Shown here: positions 44,164 through 56,235 of the stretch, piece after piece | Numbering within the stretch: position 1 is the stretch's first letter | How the letters are laid out: every line of letters starts with the position of its first letter | Assembly: GCA_000091205.1 (NCBI GenBank) | Contig: AP006500.2 | From: Cyanidioschyzon merolae | Lineage: Eukaryota | Direction: 5' to 3' (one strand) | Length of the DNA stretch: 64,000 nt | The notes under the pieces: model-generated | What the model saw: only the letters and a program-made list of their open reading frames with translations | Databases searched by the model: none | Told to the model about the DNA's origin: nothing | Program-made: the position numbers and the translations under genes

Positions 44164-45999
44164 TTAAACAGCACGCGTGCGAGCTGCTTCGATGATCGGC
44201 TCCAGGCTCGGGTCAATTTCCGTGATGCGTACCGGTCTTTTGAGTTCGAAGGAACGTCTAGCGGCCATGGCCATAACCACGGCGATGCGGCCGTCGAAGC
44301 CCGACGGCAACGGCAAAGCAGGCGTACCCGCATCCGTTCCCGCTTCGGCTTTGCGGGCGCCGCCTGCTCGAATCTCTACCAGGTGCTGCACCCAGGCAAG
44401 CATCTCCTGCAGATAAGCCTCCGCGTAACGTTCCATGAAAAAGTTCAACGGTTTGTCCCGGTGCTGTCCAATCACATCCATATACTCAGCAGTGTTGGGA
44501 TACTCGTTGCCGACGGTGATGCAGCCCTCGGTTCCAAAGAGCTCCGCGCGCTGGTCATACGCCTGATGCGGAGTCGATCGCGAATTGTCGATGACGCAAA
44601 TTGCGTCGTTTGCGAAGCGCACCTGAGTCATGACGTGATCGCAGTCCCCGATTTCCGCTATACTCGGTTCGCAGCAAAGGCCCATGGCAAACACTTCGAC
44701 GGGCTCTGACTTAAGCAGAAATCGAGCCATATCGAAGTCGTGGATCGCCTGGTCGAGCCAGATGCCGCCAGAGACTTTGAGATAGGCGAGCGGTGGCGGC
44801 GCAGGATCCCTCGACACAAGGTGTAGCTTGAGTGGCCTCCCGAGAAACCCGGAGTCATGGGCAAGGCGCGCACGTTGGAAGTTTTGATCGTATCTGCGCT
44901 GAAAAGCAACCATCAGCTGGATGCCTGAGCGTTGCAGTCGACGCAGCCGGCGATCATGCTCGAATTGTGCCAGGCTTAGATTGTCAAGTCCAGTCTCGCC
45001 GCTGACGAACAGGCTCGGGCGTTTTGCTTGAAGTCGCAGCTCTTTGACGTCCGCATTCGCAGCGTCCAGTGTTGCCAGCGCATCATCGATCACATCAAGG
45101 CCGAGTGCAATCGGCTTCTCGCAGAAAACGTGCTTCCCATAGCGCGCGCACTCCTTCATAAGCGGTGCGTGGGTGTCCGTCGGCGAACAGATGACCACGG
45201 CGTCCACTCTAGGGTCATGCACCAAGTCCTCCGCATTCGTGTACCAGATGGGGACGTGGAAACGCGCCGCAACCCGTCGGGCAGCATCCTCAATGGCATC
45301 ACTCACAGCTACAAGCGCAGCGTTCGGCACGCGGTTCGCCAAGTTATTCGCATGAACCTGGCCGATACGCCCACATCCGATGATCCCGACTCGCAGCCGC
45401 GAGGCATTGTAGGCCGAGGCCGCACTCTGTGCAGAAGCCGTGCCAGCCACCGGGGGCAGCACGCTCTCGCTCAACGTTCCTACAAGGACACGGCTAGGCG
45501 CAGGCTCGGCAGCGTCTTTGCTCAGAGCCGTCTCTTGTTCTGAAGAGTCCTCAGAATCAACCTCAACCAGCTCCTCATCCTCTAGACGAAGCGCTGAAGC
45601 GGTCAAACGAACAAAAGACTCTAGCTCCTGCCGAAGCATCACCTCATAAATGCGCTCCTCAGGTCCTTTTCCAACTTTTGACTGGCGAGCTGCCTGTTCC
45701 TTGCTTGCGAGGCTGAGCAGATCGCTGCTCGAAAGCTGGCGTGGATCGCGGCCCGGCTGCACCGAGGCGCCACCCTGAGCATTTTTCAAGTTGCCCGACT
45801 GTAAAGTTTCAGCCTTGGATCCCGATCTGCGCAGCAGTCCAGCTCTATAATCAGCGCGGTACATGAGTCTCGTGAACGATTCAAGAGTTGAACTCGCTGC
45901 CTCACATAAAATTGATAAAGAAATGAACGGCGGTGCGTCGCGGCTTGCAGCGCGGATCAGGAGCGCAGGCGGTGCGATAGCGCATGATCCACCACACAT
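44164..45999 (-). CDS. Gfo/Idh/MocA-family NAD(P)-dependent oxidoreductase with a roughly 190-aa low-complexity N-terminal extension
   Basis: Rossmann motif RVGIIGCGRIGQVHANNL...AVVICSPTDTHAPLMKECARYGKHVFCEKPIA matches the Gfo/Idh/MocA N-terminal domain. The upstream part is rich in E, S and A. Confidence 0.75.
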   Translation of the reverse strand: MCGGSCAIAPPALLIRAASRDAPPFISLSILCEAASSTLESFTRLMYRADYRAGLLRRSGSKAETLQSGNLKNAQGGASVQPGRDPRQLSSSDLLSLASKEQAARQSKVGKGPEERIYEVMLRQELESFVRLTASALRLEDEELVEVDSEDSSEQETALSKDAAEPAPSRVLVGTLSESVLPPVAGTASAQSAASAYNASRLRVGIIGCGRIGQVHANNLANRVPNAALVAVSDAIEDAARRVAARFHVPIWYTNAEDLVHDPRVDAVVICSPTDTHAPLMKECARYGKHVFCEKPIALGLDVIDDALATLDAANADVKELRLQAKRPSLFVSGETGLDNLSLAQFEHDRRLRRLQRSGIQLMVAFQRRYDQNFQRARLAHDSGFLGRPLKLHLVSRDPAPPPLAYLKVSGGIWLDQAIHDFDMARFLLKSEPVEVFAMGLCCEPSIAEIGDCDHVMTQVRFANDAICVIDNSRSTPHQAYDQRAELFGTEGCITVGNEYPNTAEYMDVIGQHRDKPLNFFMERYAEAYLQEMLAWVQHLVEIRAGGARKAEAGTDAGTPALPLPSGFDGRIAVVMAMAARRSFELKRPVRITEIDPSLEPIIEAARTRAV

Positions 46000-48430
46000 T
46001 TTTCGGGGGGCGCTTTTGCATTCGTGCCTGAATAAAAGTGGATAGGTCTACTTGTCGAACTCGCGTTTGCATCATCAAGTTTGGGATGCTTCCCGACGCT
46101 ATCTACACCAGCGTTGAGGAGATTTTTCCTCCAACCATTTCCATATTCTTTCCCATACCTTCATCGGGGGGCACGGCGGCCTCTCGTGTCCCTCCAGTTC
46201 CGTTGTCAGCAGTCGATGAATGTTGGTGCCGAGGTTCAAGTCGCGATTTCGCTGATTCCGCTTGTTTTCATTTGCGTTTGACGCACAGGTGCACGTTATG
46301 AGAGACGCGACGCATGCCATTTTCGTCTTCTTTGTATATAGCCTGGGTACGACCCTGGCAGTGGTGAGGCATTTTAATGGTCCGGGGTTGCGCTGTATCC
46401 ACAACACATCTCACTCCAAGGCGGGGCTGTAGCGCGTGAACGCTCGCTGGATCGCTCGATATATTTCCTTGACGGGTACCGAGGGCTCGCCTGAACGCTC
46501 TCTTCCGTCCCCGCGCTGTGCCATGCCCTACGATCAGGGGCTTGTTGTGGGCGATGGCATCAGCGAGTCATCCGTCCGCAGCACACGCGGGCGTACGTAG
46601 TACCATTCTATAGACGATTTGGGGAGCATGATATCGTGCATGACGAAAAACGATCAGAAGGAAAACCTAGCTGGAGAACAAGTCAAGAAATGTCGACCCG
46701 TATACGCTCTCTTCGTACAAAGCAGAGACGCACCTTCGACATGAAGCGATCACAGCAATGACTAATTTCCGAGTCCGATACCCTTTTGGATGCGAACCGA
46801 GGACACAGGAGCCTCTGGGAGCGTAGCCCGGTAAAGGTGTCTTGTAGCTGCGTAAACCTATATCAACGATGATCAATCAGAGAAACGTACTTGTCTTTCG
46901 AACGGAATCGATGATTTGAAGTGACATGTTCAGTGAGCTCGCGGCAAGAGCTCGTGAAGATGTTGTTAATTGACGACTGCTTGACTTTTAGCTGGTCAAT
47001 GCGGCAGCGCGAAGTGCTCTGCCTACGAGCTGTCTTTAAATAACAAGCTCGAAAGCTTGTCGAATGTGCAATATGAGTTTGCTTCACGTAAGGAAATCAG
47101 ACAAGTGGAGGCTTATATGTATGAACAGGATGATGATATCTATTATTTCGCGAAAGCTAGTTCGTGTGCATTGCGAACCATCGAAACGGTGGTGAAGTAA
47201 TGAATTCCTGCCGCAGTGAGTCGCAGGAACCACTCCGAAAAGAATCCCAAGAATCCGAAACCTCGTCTGAACACGTGAACCCGCATTATCGCACTTCGAA
47301 AGCGGAGGCTGTCCATCTTGCAAACGCTACCAAAAATTGACAGACTGGAAGAGAGCGAGCAGCACAGCCTTCCGCTTCAGTCTGAGACGGGTGTCGCGTA
47401 TCGTTCCGAATAGGCATGCCTATACACAGTCCTGGTTGCACAGCCTATCGGGGCCTGAACTGACAATGGGCTCTCGTCCAGCCCTTGTACAGAAAAGCGT
47501 AAAGGAGTTGCGAAATCGTCTTTTTCTTCGTAAAGTGTTATCGAGGGCTCTAGATCGATTGTGCATACCATTGGCAACCACTTGCTGGGTAGTGCCCGAT
47601 TGCAGTGAACATTGTCGAAATGATAGATCAGTCCCGGATCGGCTCTCGCAGACGGAGAGCGCGTATGAGCGTTCCTATGCTCTTGGCTGAACGCCCTGTT
47701 CTCCATCTATAGGCGGTACTTTTTGCACTGCCTCCTATTCTTGTGCTTCTGCATAGTTGAACGATTGGTAAGGATCTTCGAAAAATCATGGTAGAAAAGG
47801 TGTCTCTTTAGTCGGTGCAGAATGATCTAGGGGAGGACTCGGAATGGAGCCTGCCTCGGACTCCGCAATCACGGATTCCTTCAGATTGTCTACGAATGTA
47901 AACCAATGAAACTTCTTCTGGCCTTAAATCGCGCCTTGGAACGCACCTCTGTCTCTGGATCCGCCAATTACTTCACAACATCCATCTTAGTAAACCAGTT
48001 CAACTTCTGTGTTCCATAAGAGGGCCTGCCTTGTATGTTCCGATTCATTAATTCCAAGAGCCTTGCTCTAAAATTGTATCACTACTGATCTCGTGAAACA
48101 ACATCATTGGTGGTGTTCATTTACATATCTTTATCGGATATTCCGCAGCATGCGAGCGCCGCTTCGAAGTGAAAATTCCGACGCAAAAGTCTGGCCCAGG
48201 ACCGTTCACGTGTAGCTGTGTCTACAGCGGCTCGGTTGTCAATGCTCTAGCTGCTGTAGACAGACAAGGTTCATGGGGTTTTAGCTGCAGCCATCGGCTT
48301 CATATCAAAAACATCAAAGCAGAAAATCCATATAGCGAACGGGCCGGGATAAAGCACTGTGCATGTTGAGCTTTTTTTCTGTATCCAAGAAACGCGACTC
48401 AAGTATTGCGGAACCATGATGGATGCCCAT

Positions 48431-49177
48431 TCACAGGTTATCCTCTTTTGAAATAGATTCAAAGAAAGCCTGTTGTGACTGCTCAAAGTGCACAAGCCTC
48501 ACACCATTCTGTAAAAGTTTCTGTCTCATGCATTTGAATCCATCGATCGTGATCGCTTTGGTAGCGTTCTCGACAAGCAGGACATCAAAACCTATCGCTA
48601 TTGCATCTAGAGCTGTGAGACCGACGCAGTAGTCATAGGCGAGGCCACAGATAAAAACACGCTTGATGCCGAGTGTATCCAGGATATGACGGAGACCAGT
48701 TTCCGTACCGGTCTCGTCCCGAAACGCTGAATATGAGTCTCTATCCACAGTGGTACCCTTCTCAAAGATGATGTCTCTGTCCTTGTCTACGACCAAGTCC
48801 GAGTGCAGCTCGGCTCCCCAGGTGTTCTGAACGCAGTGGTCGGGCCACAAAACGCGCTTTTCTATTGAGTTGTCTGAAACCTCAACTTGTTCGAAGGGTC
48901 GCTTTCCCGGATGGGAGCTGGCGAATGAGATGTGTTTTCGGGGGTGCCAGTCCTTTGTGAACACCACTGTCTGAAAAAGCCTTCGAAGCCGGTTCGCTAG
49001 AGGGACAACTTGTTCTCCATCCGTCACGTAGAGCGCTCCCCGTTTGTCCGCAAAATCGTTCTGCACGTCCACAACGAGCAAAGCACAGTCTCTCTCAAGG
49101 CTGTTCAGACTGCAGGCTGCGCACCGCTGAACCTCCATACGAGAGTGCTTCTGGGCACGAGAGAACCAATACGTCAC
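48431..49177 (-). CDS. PNC1: Isochorismatase-family hydrolase, nicotinamidase/pyrazinamidase (PncA)-like
   Basis: ALLVVDVQNDFADKRGALYVTDGEQVVPLANRL...VVFTKDWHP...FICGLAYDYCV matches the nicotinamidase D-K-C catalytic motif arrangement. Confidence 0.75.
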   Translation of the reverse strand: MTYWFSRAQKHSRMEVQRCAACSLNSLERDCALLVVDVQNDFADKRGALYVTDGEQVVPLANRLRRLFQTVVFTKDWHPRKHISFASSHPGKRPFEQVEVSDNSIEKRVLWPDHCVQNTWGAELHSDLVVDKDRDIIFEKGTTVDRDSYSAFRDETGTETGLRHILDTLGIKRVFICGLAYDYCVGLTALDAIAIGFDVLLVENATKAITIDGFKCMRQKLLQNGVRLVHFEQSQQAFFESISKEDNL

Positions 49178-49687
49178 GCTGTGTAGGGGTTGTTCTCGTT
49201 ATGGGCCTGTGGCCTTTTTAATAAAGCCCTGCTTGTCGCACTGGCTGGATTTTGTACTGTCGGACTGTGAACTCGAATCCAACCTTCTCCGTCGCAGACG
49301 GTAAGCAATGAATATGCTATAATCGAGCGGTGATACCCGAAGCGAGCGATCTGCTTTATGCGGTGTTCCCAGACACCGTTTGCAAAAGCCTTCATAGAAA
49401 GAGGCCCACGAAGCCCTTATGATACCGCTCACAACGAGAAGCGCCGTGCGTTCACGGCAATGCACAGCCTAGTCTTGCCTTTCAGGGCTGTGTACTTGTA
49501 CGGCCGCACCCGAACGTTGTACAATGGGGGCCACTAGATCTGTGCGGAGAATGCATTTGATCTTAGATTCGAGCCTCGGCGACGAAATCTTCGCAATCTA
49601 GCAGTGCTTGCGATACAAACGGCCAAGTCTCACCGGCAGAAGCCATCGAATGTCGCTACAAAGTAGACTAGGGCGCCAGCTATGGGC

Positions 49688-52264
49688 TCAGCTCGAGGTG
49701 CGGGGCGGCGCTGGCGAAGCGCCCGCGTCGCCCCTCAACGTGTCCCCGTTGTGCAGCCGCTCATGCAGCGGCGTGTTGGGCAGGGACATGGCACGGTCGA
49801 TTCTAGATGTTCGTTCCAGCGCATCGACGTAGGTGTGGCTTATCCGCGCCGGTGACACCCTCATACCCAGCCTGTTGGCGGGACTCGAAGGCGACGCGTC
49901 TCGGCTCTCTTTCATTGGAGACGCGGATTGGTGGCGGCGCATTTGGGCCCAGTTCGATCTTCGCTCCAGGGAATTTCCAGTGTGTGCGCTTACCTGAGCA
50001 ACTTTTCGGATGCCCCGAGCCGCATAGGTCGCAAAAATGTCAGCCATCGAGATGGCGATATTCAATTCATCGGCTAGGCAGCGAAGCAGGCGCATCACGC
50101 GGAGAACAGAAAAAATATCATCCGGATACTCTTGGAAGCGAATAAAACGGAGAGGATTCAGAGAGCCGAGTGCGTTCATTTCGAGCTCATCGAGGGTTGA
50201 CGTATCGAACAGGAAGCGAGCGAAGAGCGCGAGATCAGCATCGGTTGGGGAGTACATGAATGATCCAATTCGAGAGATACTATGCATCGAGGATTGTTCC
50301 CGAGGACGTGTATCGCCAGCAGTCAAGCCGTAAGAAGATTCTGTCTCGCTTTGTTCTGCAGCTAGCTCGCTGGTGCTAGGGCGAGACTCTAGTGGTGTCC
50401 AAACCACTGTGGATCGAAAGCCTGCAGTGGCATCGAATCGTACGCCGAGCTCCTGGAAGCGAGCCGCAATCAACGGTCCATCGCAATCCGCAATCGCGAG
50501 GTAGAGCCAGCAGAGCCGCCGCCGCACAAACTCGCGAATGCGCTTGACTTGACCAAAATCAAGCAGCGCTACTCTTCCATCTTGCATGACAACAAAATTC
50601 CCGGGATGCGGATCCGCGTGGAAGATGCCATCGACAAGTATCATTTGTCCGAAGACAGCGGCAATATTTTCCAGGAGGGTGCGTAGGTCGAGGTCCCAGC
50701 CGCGAATTTTCTCTCGATCCAGGATGTAACAACCTGGGATGTACGTCATGACAAGTGCTCGTCTGGACACAAGATCGTTGACTATTTCCGGAATCGCTAC
50801 GACGTGATCAAGATTTGCCTGTCGAAGATTTCGACGGATGACAGTCATCATCCGAGCTTCGCGTTCAAAATCGAACTCTAGCGGTATCAAGCGTTCGTAT
50901 TCACGAACGATAGAGACAAGATCTATGCGCAAGTCAAGTGCCTGCAAAAATTGCGCGAGCACCCGGAGATTGCGAAAGTCCTTTTGGCAGAGTCGCTCTT
51001 GCCCTGGGTACTGCACCTTCAATATCACCAAGCGACCATCAGGCATTTCACACTTGTGAATTTGCGCCACAGTGGCTGACGCAAGGGGCGTTCTATCGTA
51101 CCAAAGAAAAATGCTCTCCATGGGCATGCTGAAACACTCAAGGAAAGTTGCTCGAACTTCTTCGATAGTCATTGCTCGGCCTTCATGTGGTAGCTCCCAC
51201 AGGCGCTTGCACCACGTCTGGGGAAGAAAATCACTCCGCGTGCTCAGCAGAATGCCGTTTTTCAGGTATGCGCCACCGAGCTCAACGCAGAGACGGTAAA
51301 CTCGTTCGCTTCCCCACTGATGGCGTTTTTCCCAGAGAGCAAGCGCGTCTTCCGCTTTGAGTCTGCCCGCGCGCTTTTGGGTCATCTTATATGCCACATA
51401 TACGGGTAGAATCCGTTGCCAAAAATCGATCGAGCGCCATAAGCTCGGTTGCATCCTTCGGAGTGCAGGAGCCACCGCATACGACAGCGTCAGAGGCTGG
51501 AAAAACGCCAGTGCTGCAGCTTGCTGTGGGCCAGGGAATACCGTGCCCAAGATAATGGCTGTCCTGCAAGCGGACCAGTGCCTCTTGGAAAGAAGCACTT
51601 TAAGCACGAGCAAAATCGCTGCTCTACCCAGAAACCCTAGTGTCGACCCACGGGAGGACCTCCTCTTCCCCTGTGTTGGTTTCGCTTTGCCAAAATGCCT
51701 TCTGGGTGAAGTTTGCGGGGTTTCGTCGGTAGTAGACGATCCCTGCGACGTTCGTGTGTCCTCAGGTTGAGCCTGAGCAGTCTTCGAGTTCGCAGCTCTG
51801 TGTGCGTCATAATCCAACATTTTCAAGTTTGTCTTGTCATGATCCCCGGTACCTTGATATTTTTCAACTATCTCCGGTGGGGCAACCTCATAAGACTCGT
51901 CTCTGGCGTCAGACGGCCCGCCATTTCGCAACTCGCCTCGCGGATTGGCGTCACTAGTTTCGGCGTCTTCCGAGTTCGGAACGTTTGCGCTGTCTTCACC
52001 GTCTTCGGTGTAGTCTGCAACGTTTGTGCTGCATTCTTCATATGATTCTCCTCCACTAAGCAGCTCAAACACATCATTGAAAGTTTTCCGAGCCAGGGTG
52101 TAACCTAGGAAGCGCCTGCGGAGAGCCTGGAAGGCGGCATAGCTCTCCTCCCTGTTATCGCCTTGGGTAGTTATTCCGGCAGAAACTTGCAGCCCGCGAG
52201 CCGACCCAGCGTGATTCCAGCTTGTTCTTACACTCAAACTGCATAAAAGCGTTTTCTGCAGCAT
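49688..52264 (-). CDS. ABC1/UbiB (ADCK)-family atypical kinase, plastoglobule/mitochondrial-type, with presequence-like N-terminus
   Basis: LGGAYLKNGILLSTRSDFLPQTWCKRLWELPHEG...ASATVAQIHKCEMPDGRLVILKVQYPG...ILVDGIFHADPHPGNFVV...VALLDFGQVK is the canonical ABC1 domain. Confidence 0.8.
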   Translation of the reverse strand: MLQKTLLCSLSVRTSWNHAGSARGLQVSAGITTQGDNREESYAAFQALRRRFLGYTLARKTFNDVFELLSGGESYEECSTNVADYTEDGEDSANVPNSEDAETSDANPRGELRNGGPSDARDESYEVAPPEIVEKYQGTGDHDKTNLKMLDYDAHRAANSKTAQAQPEDTRTSQGSSTTDETPQTSPRRHFGKAKPTQGKRRSSRGSTLGFLGRAAILLVLKVLLSKRHWSACRTAIILGTVFPGPQQAAALAFFQPLTLSYAVAPALRRMQPSLWRSIDFWQRILPVYVAYKMTQKRAGRLKAEDALALWEKRHQWGSERVYRLCVELGGAYLKNGILLSTRSDFLPQTWCKRLWELPHEGRAMTIEEVRATFLECFSMPMESIFLWYDRTPLASATVAQIHKCEMPDGRLVILKVQYPGQERLCQKDFRNLRVLAQFLQALDLRIDLVSIVREYERLIPLEFDFEREARMMTVIRRNLRQANLDHVVAIPEIVNDLVSRRALVMTYIPGCYILDREKIRGWDLDLRTLLENIAAVFGQMILVDGIFHADPHPGNFVVMQDGRVALLDFGQVKRIREFVRRRLCWLYLAIADCDGPLIAARFQELGVRFDATAGFRSTVVWTPLESRPSTSELAAEQSETESSYGLTAGDTRPREQSSMHSISRIGSFMYSPTDADLALFARFLFDTSTLDELEMNALGSLNPLRFIRFQEYPDDIFSVLRVMRLLRCLADELNIAISMADIFATYAARGIRKVAQVSAHTGNSLERRSNWAQMRRHQSASPMKESRDASPSSPANRLGMRVSPARISHTYVDALERTSRIDRAMSLPNTPLHERLHNGDTLRGDAGASPAPPRTSS

Positions 52265-55034
52265 GCAGTTGCATACAAAGCGGGACGGTTAGCGCTCTGC
52301 TGAGTAACGATAGGCAATAACTTTGTATCGAAAACAGCAAACTCGCTTGTAGTGCGATCGAGATGCTATATAAAAATGGATCTTTTTGGACATCAAATCC
52401 GAGTCGCCCACACAAACGGCGTGGGGGAAAACCCTCGTTGCCTGCTATGGCATATGCACGTCGACTTATGTCGGAATGAAATGGAAAAGTCCAGCCAACT
52501 CGGGGTTAAACTTTCAGACTTTGATCACTTGGGACTGTAATCAACACCAGCTTGTACGAAATTTCTCTTCGACTACCTTCGTGTCTTTCTCTCGAATCGC
52601 TGACTTTTAATACGTCGGTATCTCCGTGCTCTCAAGGCCCATATTTTGCTGTCCAAAGACGTTGATGGCAGCCTTGAAGTCCCCATTTAGCAGCGCCCAG
52701 CTATTGACGACGCATTTTATGCTTAGGAGGACGTCGCGATTCACGAATCGCTTCCCATTTTCATCTACTTTGTATTCAGCCCAGGTCTGCTCTTCGTAGG
52801 GGTGAAACTTGACCGCGATCACGTGTTCCATTGTGTCCGCTAAAATTACTCCTCCTGCGGATGCCACGCTGTGGTTCACGAAAGCTTGGTTCATAGCGCA
52901 TTATATGCCTTTGATGAGCATAGATGGCTCCGTTCGCCATTTTGATCAGCTTCTGGACCCGGTGCCACACCTTACGATAACAGGCTTTCTCTGGGCGATC
53001 CCCTCGGGGAGTATTCTTTCCACTGTACACGCAAGAGCTCCAAGCTCCATTCCATAGCTTCCTATCTGGCTCCTTGCGCGCTCTTCGTTTTCTGCCTACT
53101 CTTCCCATAAATCCTGCCGATGAGCTTGATGGGCATCAAGGTACCTGAACCGATCAAGAGCAACGTGTCCGCACTTTCCATGCGCTTTCGACAAGGCAGT
53201 AACGGCCTATGAAATTCGTTCCTGTTTCGCTCCCTTGAAGTAACATTCTCTCATTCCGTTCCTTCTCCTAAAAAAGAACATGAAAGGTGTGTGAGTAGAA
53301 CACAAGAATGTAGGTAAAATTCGGAGCGTTGGAGACATCCGGCTCTCGAGCGTGGCCGTTGACGACAGGGGTCGGTGTCCTCTTCGGGTGTCATGGAATC
53401 GCAGTTGCAAAGGCTTATCCTCCATGGATACATGCCGGTGCAGTTCGCATTGAGGACAAAGTTCGCAGGACTATGCATCCGCATTGCTCGGCGCTGCTCG
53501 GCGTAGCTCCCTTTCTGGGCATGGGTACATGTGCGCACTGTCGGTCATGAAGCGTGCAGGACGTTCGTGGATGGTGTTGAATGTTGCCTCGCCAGCGGTC
53601 TCGATGGAGGGCAACTGTTGCCCTATGTATAGTGCAAACCGCCTGTACCTCCCTTTTTCTTCCCATTCGCATCTCTCTTTGCTTTCAGTCGATTTTTGTT
53701 CATCCAACAGTTTACAAGTTCCTTCTAAGCTTCGAGTGAAAATTGCAGTGTTCCCTTCATCATGTCTTCGCCCGCAAACATCTACTCTTCGTTTTCAACG
53801 CTGTCGTTTTCCACCGGACGCATCTACGCCTAGTTTGCGAGGATGCCCCCTCTACAATGAAGCGAAAAGCGCGCGAATCAAGACGCTGGTATAAAAGACC
53901 GAGAGATTCATTCGAATTAGGCAAGATTATTTCCGTTAGGGGCGCTGGAACAGCACGCCACATGCAGAAGCACCATCGCTTTCGTGTGCGGGTTACTCAC
54001 AGGTGGTGGATCCACCTTATTCTCGGCGTCGTCGCGCTTGAAGGATCTTCTATGGAGGTGCTTCATGGACTAGGTATTCTGCGAGCCTATTAAGCCTCGC
54101 CGAAGAGCCACTTGTGAAGAGCTATCTCATGCTGCTGACTGAGTTGCCGACCTCTGACTATGCTGCATCGAATCCCCCATGTTGGGAAGGAGACTGACAG
54201 CTGATTGGCAATTCGAAGTGAATAAGAACAGAAACCAGCACCCAGCGAGAAATTGGATGTGCGTTCCTCTCTTCCTCCTGCATAAGATATTGAGGAAGAA
54301 CACTTTACGTGTATTTGGAAGTTTATCTTATACGCGAGAGGTCCGTCGAGACGAAGCACTCTACCGGACGAGTCCTTCGCGCGCTCCCCGGGTTGGCTGC
54401 TTTCGCGAAACCTGAACATATCGTCTGGAACGCAGTTTTCTTTCTGGCTACGAGTTGGCGGACTGTTTCTGAACTTCGCCACGGTCGCTGTAATCTCCCA
54501 GCTTGTCGTTTCGCGCCGCCTGCAGCCTGTTTGAGCGACCTTCTGAATCCCAGAATGAGGATGAGTTTCGACCCTGCGTCGGGTAAAGCAATTTGGTGCC
54601 GACGCCCCCATGGTATGGCAAAGCCCTTCTGTCCCCGTGCTGCATCCTCACCGGCGCTGTGGGCCTCATTGTGAACGCTCACAGCTGGCTCGACGCACGA
54701 TGGAGCGATTGGAAAGACAGTTATCTTAGAGAAGAATGATATGTACAACCTGGTGGAAATTTCAGGCTGGGCGATATGATGGACGGTTTCTCGGATGCCG
54801 TGATCAGTCGCGCAGTTAAACCCCTCTGTCAGTGTAAATATTTTGTCGTTTAAAAAATTAGAAAAAAATCACATTCGACGCGCCGCTGTTCGAAGTGATC
54901 AGATAATGAATGCTGTAGCAAAAAGATGGACAGAGTCTGTGCTGTCCTATTTATACAAATCGTCCGTGGAACAAACAATGTTTTACGAGCATGTGGAATA
55001 AATTAGTATCCACTCACAGATGCCTTCCATCCTT

Positions 55035-56235
55035 TTTAAGCGTCCGACTGCTATCGGCTTCAGCTTCTCCAAGCGCATTTCGACTCTGAGAGGTTGCCCC
55101 AAAAATTTGCTCGTGTCAGCCCCTCGGGTACCGTCTTCAGCACCGTACATCTCCTGACATTTATGACAGCGTTCCAGTCTCGATTCACGAACTCCATGCA
55201 TTTCTTGCCGCTGTTTGAACTCACCAGTGCAAGGAGAACTCGCGCGCCTGCCTTTTGTACCATTTGCTGCTTCGTCAGCTCTGGGTGCCTATCTACCACC
55301 GAAGCGCTCCGCTGCCTTTCCGCCATCTCTACCCTCTGGAGTGTACATCAAAGCTCATCCCTTAGAGTTTTTATTTTTTCTAACTGAATGCACTTCTTTA
55401 TGCCACCAGGAGAGGATCTTTTCCGAAAGAGAAGCATTTGCGGAAGACAGATGAAATGTGCCAGGATATGTCACTGTGTGCTGAAAGGTTCAGCGAATCG
55501 CATATTGGAGCGATCATTACCTGTCACAATAGGGAACATTCCTTCGATGGGGTTGAACCAAGGATTATACGGAGGACTGAAAAGCAGTTTTGCCTGGATA
55601 GAATCTGCAAAATCTCGAACACTAGCGGAATGATGAAATATTACGTTGTCCAAAAGAAGATCGTCGCCAGCCTTCATGGAAACGTCTTCAATGATGCGGC
55701 AAAGTGGGTGCTGTTGAATCAGCCTTCTCTACGAGCGAAACTGAGGCCGACAATAGTATCCACTACATCTAGAACAAATGATGATATTCTCGTTCCCTTC
55801 GAGTTCGATCATACGAACAATGGGCACCCTGCTCAGCGAATACCCATACACTTTCCGATCGTTCCGTGAGAAGAAATCTCACAGACTGAAACACATCTAG
55901 GTTCCACTGCTTCATACCGATCGCGACGTTCATGGAACTCTGTAGATGCATTTTCGGTGGAATATGGCCTTGCGTGAACAAGGACTTTCTTGCGACTGTA
56001 TCCCAGTGTTTTCAGTACCACACGAACAAGCTGTTGAGAAAGAGAGACTCCCGTGGTGACTGTGATCGACGCTTTTGCATTCCGCAAAAGGTGATCAACG
56101 GGTCGTTTTCTACCACTGACCGCAGGTTCTCTTTTAGAGTATCGGGTTTTGGCGCGGAACGCGTATTATTGTTTCATTCAGAGTTCCTCCACCACCCGAG
56201 TACTGTGGTATGACTAACCTAACGGTGGAATTTGG
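55035..56235 (-). mobile_element. Tc1/mariner-like element with DDE_3 transposase remnant plus Fanzor/TnpB-like C-terminal remnant, copy B (decayed)
   Basis: Minus-strand order: HTH-like fragment (ORF 55833-56087), DDE_3 LLLDNVIFHHS...FSPPYNPWFNPIEGMF (55677-55471), then RuvC-III-like SNSGKKCMEFVNRDWNAVINVRRCTVLKTVPEGLTRANFWGN...QPLRVEMRLEKLKPIAVGRLKRM (55326-54983). The 3' block ends ...GGATGGAAGGCATCTGTGAGTGG. The 5' end is homologous to 12528-12700. Confidence 0.65.
55438..56087 (-). pseudogene. Tc1/IS630-family (DDE_3) transposase pseudogene, frameshifted (part of element B)
   Basis: ORFs 55833-56087, 55769-55981 and 55471-55677 on the minus strand lie in shifted frames. DN..H and P.YNPWFNPIEG match the DDE_3 C-terminus. 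Confidence 0.65.
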
